A stretch of 64,000 nt of DNA from Eledone cirrhosa (lineage: Eukaryota): positions 327,918,001-327,982,000 of the forward strand of contig OZ024743.1 of NCBI GenBank assembly GCA_964016885.1. Direction: 5' to 3'. Position 1 is the stretch's first letter; each line of letters opens with the position of its first letter. Below the pieces are notes generated by a model. The model did no database searches. It was not told where the DNA came from and saw only the letters and a program-made list of their open reading frames with translations. Position numbers and translations under genes: made by a program. Below are positions 37,520-51,635 of this stretch, one piece after another.

Positions 37520-40500
37520 TACTGCATCCCCCATGACTTCCAATAAAATTAGCTTGTGTATAACTTCCTGCTTACTTCTCCAGCAATGTCCTGTGTAGTA
37601 ACATGTCATGCTCTTTAAATATATTTCCAAAACTAACATTTTATGTTCATTAGAAATATATTCTGGAAAAACACCAAGATTTTACGCTCCTTATTAAGGT
37701 TCGAAACACTTTCTTGAGTAAGTGTTTCTTCTCTGAAGAACTGCTGTCCAGCACTCCTGAGAGTTTCTTACCACTATATATAGATGTTTAGGGGTGTTTC
37801 CTCTCTGAAGACCTGCTGTCCAACTCTCCTGAGAGTTTCTTACCACTATATATATATATAGGGGAGTTTCTTCTCTGAAGACCTATTGTCCAGCTCTCAT
37901 GAAGGTTTCTTACCTCTCAATATATATATTTAGGGATGTTTCTTCTCTAAAGATCTGTTGTCCAGCCTTCCTGAGAGTTTTTTTGTCACTATTACAACTA
38001 CAGTAACAATATTTACTCATCAGAAATATATTAACAACACAAACTCATTAGCATTGAAATAGAATTTTTTAAATTTATTTTATTTTTTCTCAATGAAACA
38101 AAATTTAATGAAAAATAGAAATATATTCTTAGAAAACACCAATATTTAATACTCCTCAGGTATATATTCTTAAAAACAGCAACATTTTGTACATATCAGA
38201 AATATATTCCCCCCCATCAAAAAAAAACAAAACATTTCATACACATCAGAAATATATACCCATCCACCCACAAAAAATTTTTTTAAATGCAACATTTTTA
38301 AACTCATCGGAAATATATTCCTCCCAGAAAAAACAGCAACATTATAAAAATATTTTTCAAAAAAACAGCAATATTTAATACTCCTCAGAAACATAGTCCC
38401 CCCAAAAAAGCAATGTTTTATACTCATCAGAAATATATCCCGCAAAAAACAGCAACATATTATATGCCTCAGAAATATATTCCGTAAAAAACACCAACGT
38501 TTTATACACCTCAGAAATATATTCCCGACCCCCCACCCACCCAAAACAGCAACATTTTATTTACCTCAGAAAAATATCCCTCCCAAAAACACCAACATTT
38601 TTATCATCGCAACCATGATCAAACTAACTTGACTAAGTCTTTCCCCAATTCATGATATTCCATTGCCCCCTCCAAGTGCTCCCTACTTGTCTGAGAATTG
38701 ATCAATGAATGTCTGAGGTCTTCCTCTACTTCATCCCCCGCGACTTCCAATAAAATTAGCTTGTGTATAACTTCCTGCTTACTTCTCCAGCAATGTCCTG
38801 TGTATTAACATGTCATCCTCTTTAAATATATTCCCAAAACTAACATTTTATGTTCATTAGAAATACATTCTGGAAAAACACCAAGATTTTATGCTCCTTA
38901 AATATTAAGGTTCGAAACACTTTCTTGAGTAAGTGTTTCTTCTCTGAAGACCTGCTGTCCAGCTCTCCTGAGAGTTACTTACCACTATATATACAGGAGT
39001 GTTTCTTCTCTGAAGACCTTCTGTTGTCCAGCTCTCATGAAGGTTTCTTACCTCTCAATATATATATTTAGGGATGTTTCTTCTCTGAAGACCTGTTGTC
39101 CAGCCTTCCTGAGAGTTTTTTTTTACCAGTATCATTTTATACTCATCAGAAATATATTCACAACACAAACTCATTAGCATTGAAATATGTTTTTTATTTA
39201 TTTTATTTTTTCTCAATGAAACAAAATTTAATGAAAAACAGAAATATATTCTTAAAAACAGCAACATTTTGTACTATCAGAAATATACCCCCCCCCCCAA
39301 AAAAAAATATTTCATACACATCAGAAATATATACCCAGCCATAAAATGTTTAAAATGCAACATTTTTAAACTGATCAAAAATGTATTCCCCCCCCCCCCC
39401 CCCCCCCCCAAAAAAAAACACCAACATTTTGTACTTATCAGAAATATATTCCTCCCCACCAAAAAAAAACATTTCATACACATCAGAAATATATACCCAT
39501 CCACCAACAAAAAAATGTTTAAACTCATCAGAAATATATCCCGCCCCCCTCCAAAAAAAAAACAATATTTAATTCTCCTCAGAAACATAGTCGCCCCCAG
39601 AAAGCAATAGTCTATACTTATCAGAAATATATACCCCAAAAACATTTTATATGCCTCAGAAATATATCCCCCAAAATACAGCAACATTTTATACTCCTCA
39701 GAAATATATTCCCCACCCACCCAAAACAGCAACATTTTATTTACCTCAGAAAAATATCCCTCCCAAAAACACCAACATTTTTATCATCGCAACCATGATC
39801 AAACTAACTTGACTAAGTCTTTCCCCAATTCATAATATTCCATTGCCCCCCTCCAAGTCTGAGAATTGATCAATGAATGTCTGAGGTCTTCCTCTACTTC
39901 ATCCCCCGCGACTTCCAATAAAATTAGCTTGTGTATAACTTCCTGCTTACTTCTCCAGCAATGTCCTGTGTATTAACATGTCATCCTCTTTAAATATATT
40001 CCCAAAACTAACATTTTATGTTCATTAGAAATACATTCTGGAAAAACACCAAGATTTTATGCTCCTTAAATATTAAGGCTCGAAACACTTTCTTGAGTAA
40101 GTGTTTCTTCTCTGAAGACCTGCTGTCCAGCTCTCCTGAGAGTTACTTACCACTATATATACAGGAGTGTTTCTTCTCTGAAGACCTTCTGTTGTCCAGC
40201 TCTCATGAAGGTTTCTTACCTCTCAATATATATATTTAGGGATGTTTCTTCTCTGAAGACCTGTTGTCCAGCCTTCCTGAGAGTTTTTTTTTACCAGTAT
40301 CATTTTATACTCATCAGAAATATATTCACAACACAAACTCATTAGCATTGAAATATGTTTTTTATTTATTTTATTTTTTCTCAATGAAACAAAATTTAAT
40401 GAAAAACAGAAATATATTCTTAAAAACAGCAACATTTTGTACTATCAGAAATATACCCCCCCCCCCCAAAAAAAAATATTTCATACACATCAGAAATATA

Positions 40501-41586
40501 TACCCAGCCATAAAATGTTTAAAATGCAACATTTTTAAACTGATCAAAAATGTATCCCCCCCCCCCCCCCAAAAAAAACACCAACATTTTGTACTTATCA
40601 GAAATATATTCCTCCCCACCAAAAAAAAACATTTCATACACATCAGAAATATATACCCATCCACCAACAAAAAAATGTTTAAACTCATCAGAAATATATC
40701 CCGCCCCCCTCCAAAAAAAAAACAATATTTAATTCTCCTCAGAAACATAGTCGCCCCCAGAAAGCAATAGTCTATACTTATCAGAAATATATACCCCAAA
40801 AACATTTTATATGCCTCAGAAATATATCCCCCAAAATACAGCAACATTTTATACTCCTCAGAAATATATTCCCCACCCACCCAAAACAGCAACATTTTAT
40901 TTACCTCAGAAAAATATCCCTCCCAAAAACACCAACATTTTTATCATCGCAACCATGATCAAACTAACTTGACTAAGTCTTTCCCCAATTCATAATATTC
41001 CATTGCCCCCCTCCAAGTCTGAGAATTGATCAATGAATGTCTGAGGTCTTCCTCTACTTCATCCCCCGCGACTTCCAATAAAATTAGCTTGTGTATAACT
41101 TCCTGCTTACTTCTCCAGCAATGTCCTGTGTATTAACATGTCATCCTCTTTAAATATATTCCCAAAACTAACATTTTATGTTCATTAGAAATACATTCTG
41201 GAAAAACACCAAGATTTTATGCTCCTTAAATATTAAGGCTCGAAACACTTTCTTGAGTAAGTGTTTCTTCTCTGAAGACCTGCTGTCCAGCTCTCCTGAG
41301 AGTTACTTACCACTATATATACAGGAGTGTTTCTTCTCTGAAGACCTTCTGTTGTCCAGCTCTCATGAAGGTTTCTTACCTCTCAATATATATATTTAGG
41401 GATGTTTCTTCTCTGAAGACCTGTTGTCCAACCTTCCTGAGAGTTTTTTTTTTACCACTATTACAACTACCGTATCATTTTATACTCATCAGAAATATAT
41501 TCACAACACAAACTCATTAGCATTGAAATATAATGTTTTTTATTTATTTTATTTTTTCTCAATGAAACAAAATTTAATGAAAAACA
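37520..41586. repeat. ~1.16-1.2-kb tandem repeat, about 3.5 copies
   Basis: Unit starts at 37520, 38727, 39895 and 41055. Internal subrepeats tcagaaatatat and ctctgaagacctgctgtccagc. Confidence 0.95.
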
Positions 41587-42911
41587 ACCAGAATGCAAGT
41601 TCTTTAATATAAGTTCCTGCAGTAATTCTCCTCTACTCTATCTGTTTTGCTGTCTAGTCCTCATCAGATCCACTCGCCATCAAAGGCTAAACTCATTCTC
41701 ACATTATTTCAAATATTTCATTGAGAAATCTAAAGAAACTGAATATCAGCCACCACTTTTGTTCTCTTGTTCTTCATTATGCTCCCTCTCTCTCTCTCCT
41801 TTCAGTCAGTTTCTTTATTATTATTATTATTATTTTTTTTTTTTTTTTTCCTTCTAAACTTGCATGACAATTTTGTGGAGTAAATAACCTAGACCGCATC
41901 ACATTTTAGAACAAATATTTCTGTAGCTCATCATTGGATTTGTCTATTGATCTAGTAATCTTTAACAATATATTGAATAATGGAAATCCTTCCCACACAA
42001 ACACACTTCCCACTGCTTGACCATACAAACACACACATTAAAAATTAAAAAAAATAAAAATAAAAAAAAATTTAAAAAAAGAAGCAATAATACTGTAATT
42101 ACATTAACTTAAAGATTAAAACTCCTTCAATATATCATACTAAATAAACTATTATAATTCTTTAAATGTCTAAAATTCTCTTTGCGGTCAAGAAAATAGA
42201 TATAATCATCATAACAACCATCAATCAATTTAGTGTCTGTTTAGCATTATGTCAATTAATAAAGTAAATATTTTCCATGCTTCAATGAGCAAAGTATTTT
42301 AATATTAAGAGAATAAATTTCACATCATATTATATTCGGGATGGGAATTTATTAATCATGTTTTGAATAAATTTAATCAAGAATTTTTGCAGCTTTGAGG
42401 AAAATATAAAAATGTTAATCCATTTCTTTTTTCGTTTTAAAATATTAATATCATTCTTTTGCAGAATAAAAACAACTGGAAGTTTCATTTAATAGATTCA
42501 GTTTTAGAAATTACTACAACATATTTTTTTGGTTTATTTTTTTTTTATTTTTAATGATTCTTGTAGTCTTGAGCATCTAGAGAGAATGGTAAACTATATA
42601 TTACACATCTAGATAGAATGCTAAGCTATATATTACATATTTAGAACTTTTCTCACAAAAAGACACAATTTCAAAAATACAATTTAGCCTCTAAAAGATG
42701 GCCCACTCTTCAAAATTCCTTAAAGTTAAGTATAAACTGCCTGAAGAAATAATTCTAAAAGAGGCAGCATTTTAAGAATACTTTCTATTCCAAAAAACAT
42801 TTAACAACCATTTGATTCTTCAGTTTTTCTAAACTGGCATGGATAGATTGACTAATCTCTACAACATAGTTCTATATATTCCTATCTAGTATTATTTAAT
42901 CCTTAAAACCT

Positions 42912-43017
42912 CAAATCCCGCCGAGGTTGACTTTGCCTTTCATCCTTACGGGGTTGATAAAATAAAGTACCAGTAATGCACTGGGTAATTGCTGGCCTTG
43001 TGCCTAAAGTAGAAACA
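42912..43017 (+). mobile_element. 5'-truncated SINE with a 21-bp TSD
   Basis: attatttaatccttaaaacct at 42891-42911 and 43018-43038 flanks the SINE core and tail. Confidence 0.88.
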
Positions 43018-43197
43018 ATTATTTAATCCTTAAAACCTTTCTTTCTTTCCTATATTTTTCCTGATTAGCCAGAGAGGGAAGGACTGTGTTCACAACCTTT
43101 TCCAGGGCTTCCAAGACAGGTAGAAAGGATGAAGGTAGCCTAAAACTGAAGACTTGGACAAAATTCTTACAACAAACAAAACTCCACTAAAAACATC

Positions 43198-43715
43198 CAA
43201 GGACCAGATGCTGGTGTTAAACAATGTGACAGATTAAGTCTACCACTCAAGGGACTTGTGGTAGTTTTAAATAGGGTATCTCATTAAGTCTACCAGCCAA
43301 GGACAAGGTGGTAGTGTTAAAAAAGGTAACAGATTAAGTCTACCAGCCAAGGATCTGGAGGTGGTATTAAACCAAGTGACAGATTAAGTTTACCACCAAA
43401 GGACCAGATGGTGGTGTTAAACTGAGTGACAGATGAACCCTTTAGTTACCAGCCTGGCCCAAACCAGCCTTGGTTCTATGAAATAAAACCACCTATTTTG
43501 AACATTTCCAATTTAATTAAAAATTTTCCAACATAACTTTACATTAAGTTACTACCTTACTAAAAAAAATCATTAATAATTTTAGTAAATCCCTCAAAAT
43601 TCTTCATTAATTAATTAAAATAGAGTGTATTTCATTAAAAATGCAGTCATGAAAGGGTCTACCAGCAAAGGACCGGGTGATGGTGTTAAATCAGGTGACA
43701 GATTAAATCTACCAC
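43198..43715. repeat. Diverged 50-bp minisatellite interrupted by a MITE
   Basis: Units start at 43201, 43251, 43301, 43351 and 43401 (ggaccagatggtggtgttaaa...agattaagtctacca). One further unit follows 43657. Confidence 0.8.
43438..43657. mobile_element. piggyBac-like MITE
   Basis: CCCTTT...AAAGGG termini at a position where sister minisatellite units read TTAA. Related to 50496-50818. Confidence 0.55.
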
Positions 43716-43795
43716 CCACATCATCTTATGTTTTCTTAACTGACATAATATTGTCACCTGTTTTCAGTGCATTAGTTTATTATTACAGTTAAAAC

Positions 43796-43927
43796 TAAAA
43801 GTTACGGCCCTTTCCATTCTGAGTTCAAATCCCGAGGTCAACTTTGCCTTTCATCCTTATGGGGTCGATAAAATAAAGTACCAGTAATGTATGGGTAATT
43901 GCTGGCCTTGTGCCAAAAGTAGAAACA
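43796..43927 (+). mobile_element. 5'-truncated SINE with an 11-bp TSD
   Basis: acagttaaaac on both sides of the SINE core and tail. Confidence 0.85.
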
Positions 43928-44304
43928 ACAGTTAAAACATTAATATTTCTCATTTCAATCCATTCTATCTCAACCTACCTTCTAAATGTCACAAAACACA
44001 TCCAACAGAAGTAGTTACATAAATGTCCTCACTATGCTATTGTTGATATCACCTTACTCCTAATTAAACAGTCTACATAATCAAATGTATCACCTACTGC
44101 CAATAAAATAAAGTTCATGTCGGTAGTGTTGGTTCTTTATCAGTCTACATACCTGGAAACCAAACATATGTTAATATCTTCCCATTAACCATATAATATT
44201 AACTTTTACTTACATTCACCTTTCACAGAGAACATCACTTGCAGAAGCTTCAATCACAATTTAATGAAAATAATCTTATTCATGTTCAGGTTACTCAACA
44301 TGAG

Positions 44305-44482
44305 TTAGTTATGTATCAATAACTTAATTATATTTATTATAACTAAGATATAACTAAGTTATATCTATTATAACTAAGTTATATTTGTTATAACTTAGTT
44401 ATATATATATATATTATAGCAGAGTTATATATCTATAACTAAGTTATGTATCAGTATGTTAGTTATATGTATCAATAACTAA
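44305..44482. repeat. Short self-complementary tandem repeat (tataactaagttata-like)
   Basis: Repeated ataactaagttatat motifs. Confidence 0.7.
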
Positions 44483-47425
44483 TTTTGAAAAGAAAAGTAT
44501 TAAATTTATTTATTACTCTATGTATAAAATTATTAGGGCCATAGTAACCGAGCAGTGATTTAAATAAAAACCTTTATAAATATTATCTGACAGTCTTAAA
44601 GTTTAAAATTGCTGTTAATTAATAAAGGTTACGAAAGCATAAAATACAGCAATTTCATCAAAACCTATGCGATATATTAGTATGAACTATTGGTGGGGGA
44701 AAAAACCCCTCTGAATCTCATACTATATTGAAGGAAGTGACAAAATTTTAAATCCAATATATTTTTTTTATTTTTTGTTCATACTTAGATGTTCAAAAAA
44801 ACTTTATAACTTTCAACTTAAAAAATTTCCATGACTCCAGTCATGTTGAGTGATAAAACATTTCTAAATGTCCTTCAGAGAGAGTATAATTAATATCCTT
44901 GATAAAGATGAGTGCAGTATCTGTGTATCCAGTCTAGTTTAAAACAGCGACACCATTTCCCTGCATGCCATAACAGCTGACTAAAATATGTTGGCACTAG
45001 GAAAGGGCATCTGTCTGTAAAAACATCACTTGAAAAAGTTCTTCATGATGAGTAATAAAGCTATCATGGGGCGCGCAAAGCTAACCCTGTTTTAGCAGGG
45101 GAAATGGGCTCAAAGCACTTTTGTTGTTGTATAAAGATGATTGCAGGTGGTTACAAATAATTAATTAAATATTACAAATTAATATTAATTTAGTTACTTA
45201 ATAATGATGATGTTGACATCCATTATATAGGTAAATAAGATCGTTATTACTCCAATCAGTCTAGAAAACACTGAGCAAACGCCAACCTGCATTCATGACT
45301 CCTACTAGACCAACCCGCGACCCACCCTCCAAATTCGGAAAACCGAACATGGACCGCCCGCCTTCCCAAATTCGGCAAACCCTACAGGATTGCAACAGCC
45401 ACCAAACAAGGAAGACAAGACGTTATCAAGCTGCAGCTGTCATATTATGTTTCTATATAATAAAACTAATAAAGCTATATAGTGTCCACTCACATATATT
45501 TACTCTGATAAAATGGCTGTTTCTTTGCTCAAATTTGCCTGACTAATTTTTTTTTTTTTAGACAGATCATACGGAGTTACCTGAGGCCATGGTCATTAAC
45601 ATTTCAAGTGACACAACAATAACTACTAACTATTACCACACACTTCTAATTCTAGATATTTACAAGCAATATGCAGCAGGTATCTTGGGGAGGGAGGGGA
45701 CTGACCCCCCCACTGGCCTTAGATTATAACTATAACCATAAATTATATGTCTAATTTACCTTATTAAAAAGAAAAAAAAGAATTTAATGCTAGAAGTAAA
45801 AATTTCACAAGATTCTTGTCATATCTCATTTAGCACAAATAGCAGATTTGTTAGAGCATCACACAAAACTGCTTTACATTATTTAATCACAGCCCTGAAC
45901 ATTCTGGGTTCTATTTTCCTTTTGAGGACAATAAATAATATATTCCTATAAAACATTCTAGATGGGAATGGAATCATAATAGAAAAAAAAAAGGTTTCAA
46001 AAATATCACTTCAGGTTTAAAAATTTTTTTATTGCAAATGTAAACGAGTTGGCAATATCTGTGAGAAAATACTAACCTGGGACTGGTCAAACAATTTGAC
46101 TAAAATAGTAATGTGTATATTAAACCAGGGTTCAAAATATAAATCTCTATAACGTATAGATAGATATGTCCCATTAGTAATATTGGATCACTGTAAATAA
46201 ATAACAATCGGGAAGACCCTCCAGTTGTGTCAACGGCATGACAACTTCCATAGTGTTGTGATTTACACAATAAATGTACCCAGTACACACTGTAAAGAGT
46301 TTGGTGATATGAAGGGCATCCAACCAAAGAAATCTTGCCAAACAAAGGGTTGGAAGGACCCTCATTGTGTCAAAGGCATGACAACTTCTGAGCACTTGAT
46401 GGAACATGAGACGATAAAAGTGCACAGATCCCTGGTTTGTCTGGGAGATCAGTGGCTCCACTTCAGTACTGACTTGGTCCATATGGACCCATCCAACCCT
46501 TGGGAATGCAGATGTTAAAACAACAATATATTATTGCAGTGTCTAAAGTATTTGATATTGTTGTTAATCAATTATATTATTATAGTACCTGAAGTGATGC
46601 TAATGTTGTTGTTGTTATTACCATAATCAAAGAGATACAATGGTTTTGTTTTCTAAAGGTAATTAATTGCTCGAATATTGATTAATAAAAACAGCACTAC
46701 TCAGTGAACAAGACTTTAAACTTACAATGTCCATTATCAAAAAGTAATAAAAAACACTAAAATAATGAAGTACCAGTAATTAACAATAAATAACACATAA
46801 AAATTATTCATCTCCTACTAAAAATAAATGCAATTTTTAATAACTACAACATTTTGATTTTCTTAAATGGGAGTGTTATATATATCTTAAGTTTAGAATT
46901 AAAACCAAACTGATAAATAAATAAAATAGATCAAATTATCAAAATCAGTTTATTTAAAAATCTGCATTTTCTTTAAAATGTATAAATGCTTAAAATGCTA
47001 ACTATTTTCTTTTCTTTTTTCAATTTGAAATAGAAAATAAATTATAAAAAATAGTAATGATAATATTGTGTTTTCTCTTTTAGCTTCTTTGAAAACATTA
47101 AATGCTTTATCGAATATATATATATATATATATATACACGTGTGTCTATGTGTTATTTATATATATATGTGTGTGTACACACACACACACAGATATACAT
47201 ATATACATACATATGTGTGTCTATGTGTATGTATATATATACACACACACACATATATATATATAATTAGTTTATTGGTTTGTAACTTTAAGTTACTATT
47301 GGTTCACCAATTTGAGAACTCAATGCTAATATTTGGGTCTGGTTGCCGAAGTGGTATTCTACGTTTGGTATTACACCGTAGTCGGTAACCTTAAGAAGCA
47401 AAGTATTAATAATAATTGTTTCTAA

Positions 47426-47685
47426 TAATAATGAGTTGTAACGAGGTATCAATATACCATCATTAAGTTTATTCATGTGTGACGCTTCTTTTGCGATTGA
47501 TCAGCATCGATCACGCCCAACAATTGATAACTCAGCAAACTTGTGGATTCCTTAACGATGTCATTAAGGAATATCCACTCACCTGATAAGCTATCGATAC
47601 CAATCATTCCTAGAGCTAATTGATCGCGAAATATGGACATCACACATGAATATACATATTGATACCTTGTTCCACCTCATTATTT
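47426..47685. repeat. Old, imperfect palindromic element with a degenerate hammerhead-like motif
   Basis: aataatgag..gaggtatcaatata..attcatgtgtga is mirrored by tcacacatgaat..tattgatacctt..ctcattatt. CTGATAA-GCTATCGAT...ATTGATCGC-GAAA at 47583-47631. Confidence 0.55.
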
Positions 47686-48186
47686 TATATATATACATAT
47701 ATGTGTGTGTGTGTATAAATATATATGTGTATATTCAAGCACAAACACACACACATATATAAAGAAATTGATGCCTCAAGCATCAATGCTTAAATTTTAG
47801 GGAAGCCCCCAAATACAGAAGAGGTAAGGAATGTTTTAGATCCACCCAAATTCAATAGTTTATATAACAGATACCCCTGTAATGGTAGGGTAACCCTGTC
47901 ATATACACACCCTAGGGACGCCCTACTATTACAGTCTATACAGTAGGTACCCCTGTATCGGTAAGGTGGCCCCGGGGACAGTCTACTATTGCAGTTTATA
48001 TAAAAGGTGTTAACGTTTATACAATAGGGAAATCACCCCCAAACAACTTCGATTTTCTTGCACTATTAAAAAAACTGAAACTAAAAATATTACTTTACTA
48101 ATTAAAGTTCTGGAGAGGAATGATTAATGTATAAAGAGTAATTTGTAATGATTCATCACCATTTAATGGACATTAAATGGTGATGA

Positions 48187-48238
<52 letters not shown>

Positions 48239-48265
48239 GTGTGTGTGTGTGTGTGTGTATACACC

Positions 48266-48303
<38 letters not shown>

Positions 48304-48304
<1 letters not shown>

Positions 48305-48488
48305 CAGGGTGTTTAAAGAAATTAGATATCACTTGAGAAGTAAATATCCCAGAGATTACCACTATATATATTGTGAATTATGTTATAAATATTGACAAAT
48401 TTTGAAGAATAAATCTTTTGTTGCTCGGTCTTTGTAGTTTCTGGGATATTTACATCTTAAATGATATCTAACTTTTTAAAAAACCCAG
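48304..48488. mobile_element. Tc1/mariner-type MITE
   Basis: TA-flanked TIRs cagggtgtttaaagaaattagatatca / tgatatctaactttttaaaaaacccag, with inner arms gtaaatatcccaga / tctgggatatttac. Confidence 0.7.
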
Positions 48489-48575
48489 TATGAATGTGTA
48501 TATATATACACATGTATAACAGCATCTGTTTACTTCAAAGTTTCACCAATACTGGCTTCACACCTCAAACTCTTT

Positions 48576-48661
48576 CAGGAAACCTGTATGGGTGAAACTG
48601 CAATATAAATTATTAACAAATGACTGTTTATATTGCAGTTTCACCCATACAGGTTTGCTGA
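48576..48661. repeat. Hairpin with ~33-bp arms
   Basis: aaacctgtatgggtgaaactgcaatataaa / tttatattgcagtttcacccatacaggttt. Confidence 0.8.
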
Positions 48662-50274
48662 AACATATATATATACATTCCTGTAACATATATATATATA
48701 TATATACATTCCTGAAACATATATATATATATATATACATACATACGTACACACATACATAGGCACACACATATATACACATACATACATATATACATAC
48801 ATACACACATACATAGGCACACACATATATACATACATATATATATATACCCAGTGATGAGATTACTTTTTCCTCTTAAGCACTAAAGTGAGGGGGTAGG
48901 AAGAGGGGGGGGAAGATCCAATTCGTTTGATTGATGAATAAAACAACTAAGTGTCTAAAATACTACACAATTATCTGTTGAAGTAGCGTTTGTGTATAAA
49001 GAAAGCCCCGACAGAGATGGCAGTAATTCCTGTCGCCAAAAGCAGCGCTGGGTAAATATAATCCGTCATTGATTGCTTTTTGTCATGGTCTATTTTACGA
49101 TTGGCAGCTTTCTGTAAAAGAGAAACCAAATTATGTAAATACCAGTGTTATGTCAGTGTAAAATATAAAATAACATATAATAATCCTTTTTACTTTTGGC
49201 ACAAGGCCTGCAATTATCGCCAGTACATTACTGGTACTTTATTTTATCAACCCTGTAAATGTTATTTTCTCTAAAGACATTTTTTCCAATTCAACCCCGT
49301 CCATCGCTTCAATTTATCTTATTTCTCATTCTTTCTTCTAATGAAGGACTAGCATCCAAAACGTTAAGACCCTCTTCCTGCTATTTCAAGCGTTAACCTA
49401 ATATATTCCTTCCATATACTGTACCGATTGTGTTGTTATTTCTGTTTACCTTTCACATATATATATATAGGTTATTTAGTAATGTTTGTTGATTACTGGA
49501 GGTAATACCAATATGAACACTGAATGCTATTACTTAAAACAGAGTGATTCCCCAAAAAGGGTGTTCTTCTCGCAGTATCTGTGTGAAGATATATATGTTT
49601 GTAATCAGCAGAGTGAATACATTATGTATGAGACAAAGTTTCACTTTCAAATGTTTTTATTCCATATCGAACACGACAAATGTTTCACAGATGATCAGCC
49701 CGAGGTCTTAATCAATGAGAGACCTGACTCCAGTATCGATCTGCTCATCAAAACATTTCCATATATATAGCACATGTGTTTAGAAGATGGCGAGAGAAAT
49801 TTGAAAATTTAATTAGAAGTTTTCACTATATTTTGACTACAGAAAATAGTCTAATAACAGGGCGTATAGGCCCCTGGAACAGAAAAGTGGGCATCAGCAT
49901 AAGTATTAAACTATTTTCTGTAATAAACAAAAAATACAGTGAAAATTTCTGATTCAATTTTTTTGTTTTATCCCGTAACTCCTGATGGAGTTGTTGGGGC
50001 ACCGTATTGATATACAGCAGTTCTTCACCATTTTTAAGCCTGGTGGAGCCCAACCTGCTCCAGTTATATATATAAACACACATACACATACATACATACA
50101 TGTTTGTTAAATATACAAAATAAATAAAAAGTGAGTAAGGATGAGAAGAAGAGATAGAGACAAATGGATAGAGGAAGGGAGAAATAGATAGAAGAAGGGG
50201 GGAGAGAGAAAGAGACATGAAATAAAAATTAAAGCCAAAATAATGTGAGAGGAAAGTGTCTATTAAAGACATAC

Positions 50275-50388
50275 CACAAGATTATCCATTGCACCATGTT
50301 GAACCTTTAGTTTGACAAGATTTCCAGCTGAGAGAAATATCTTGACAGCTTCACTATGTGGTAAATTCTCCAAACTTTGACCATTCAC
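50275..50388 (-). CDS. SYNJ2BP: Exon of a SYNJ2BP/OMP25-like PDZ protein (second half of the PDZ domain)
   Basis: AG/GT-bounded 114-nt phase 0-0 exon encoding VNGQSLENLPHSEAVKIFLSAGNLVKLKVQHGAMDNLV. Continues the 51636-51772 exon in frame; not in the ORF track. Confidence 0.85.
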
Positions 50389-50495
50389 CTACAATTAACG
50401 AAACATTCAATATACAGGAATTATTTCATATTGATTTCTTATTGCATAGAAGGTTAGAAATACATCCAATACATAATTATCTAAACTTAGATTAA

Positions 50496-50818
50496 CCCTT
50501 TCATGACCATATATCTGATCAAGAAAAAAATCATCATAATCCTCATCATCATCATATGTTCATTTGTTTCTATCAATCGTTGAACACTAACATTACACAT
50601 TCAATGGAACATGCCTATAGTGCCAATATATTTTCAACTAATTTTGAAAATAATTTTTAAAATTTTGGAGGCATTTATGAAAATAACTTTCTTAATAAAA
50701 TGTTATTTAGAACAACATATTTTGATGAGTAATTTTAATTTAAATATAAACATTTTAAAATAGGCAGTTTTATGCAATAAAAATTAAGAAGGTTTTAAGT
50801 GGGTTAGTAGCAAAAGGT
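50496..50818. mobile_element. piggyBac-like MITE, opposite orientation to 43438-43657
   Basis: TTAA-CCCTTTCATGACC ... AAAAGGT-TTAA. Confidence 0.55.
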
Positions 50819-50989
50819 TTAATATCCTGCTTTCAAATATTCAATCACTTGTTGAAGGCAGAACTGAGCTATGGCTATTGAATAACAAAACAACTGGTTA
50901 TAATATTTAGTTTTAGATGATAGCTGAAGTTTTGTCTCAATTTGTTCCTCCCATGGTGAACTAAATCCCAGTTTTAGATAGCAGCTGAA

Positions 50990-51360
50990 GCCTTTGTGTC
51001 TTTCTTGGTCTTCCCCTTTCCCTACCACCTTCCACATTCATTTCTATCACTCCTTTCAGTCACTTTTATCTTTCCTCAACACATGACTCAACTATCTCAC
51101 TCCACTTCTTTTCAGAATATTCATCCTTCCTCAACATCAGACCCAACTGTCTCAACCTATTTCCCTCTACTAATTAATGCATTACTAGTTCTATTCCTAT
51201 CATCCTCTGTAATTAATGTTTGTCTTCCTCTCTCTTGGTGATACACCACTCATCCGCCAGACTATTGTCATACTCATTCTTTCCAGCTTTCTTTATTGCT
51301 CCATGTTCATCACCCATGTCTCATTCCCACAAATCATGTCACTTCTCACACAAGTGACAT
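50990..51360 (-). mobile_element. Highly degraded RTE-type LINE 3' fragment
   Basis: Minus strand gives remnants such as CVRSDMICGNETWVM..KLERM, resembling the RTE RT C-terminal region. Confidence 0.5.
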
Positions 51361-51635
51361 CACAAGTAATTAATAACTATTACAAGAATAGCATTGGTTA
51401 AGTGTTTAGTGTGAGTTCAATTACTATGTTAGTGTGTTTGTGTGGTTGTAGTCTAGTTTAAACAGAAAAGCAACATGAAATGAAGTGTCTTACTCAAAAA
51501 CCCATGACACTGGTCCAGGGATCTTAAGGTTGAGAATACAACATCCTAACCACTAGGCTACATGCTTTCACTACTTTTACTGTGTATGATTAATCAAATC
51601 AAATTAAACAGAAAATAAAGCAAAATATTTTTTAC

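Noticed and set aside
37720-41430. Repeated CTGAAGA resembling a hammerhead core, and ORFs at 38170-41612
   Set aside because: No downstream GAAA or stem I/III arrangement. The ORFs are low-complexity translations repeated with the tandem unit.
46735-47100. Hydrophobic minus-strand peptides as the SYNJ2BP tail-anchor exon (EMNNFYVLFIV... and ...ILSLLFFIIYFLFQIEKKKRK)
   Set aside because: T-rich DNA yields hydrophobic translations by chance. The first lacks a basic tail and the second has no in-phase acceptor.
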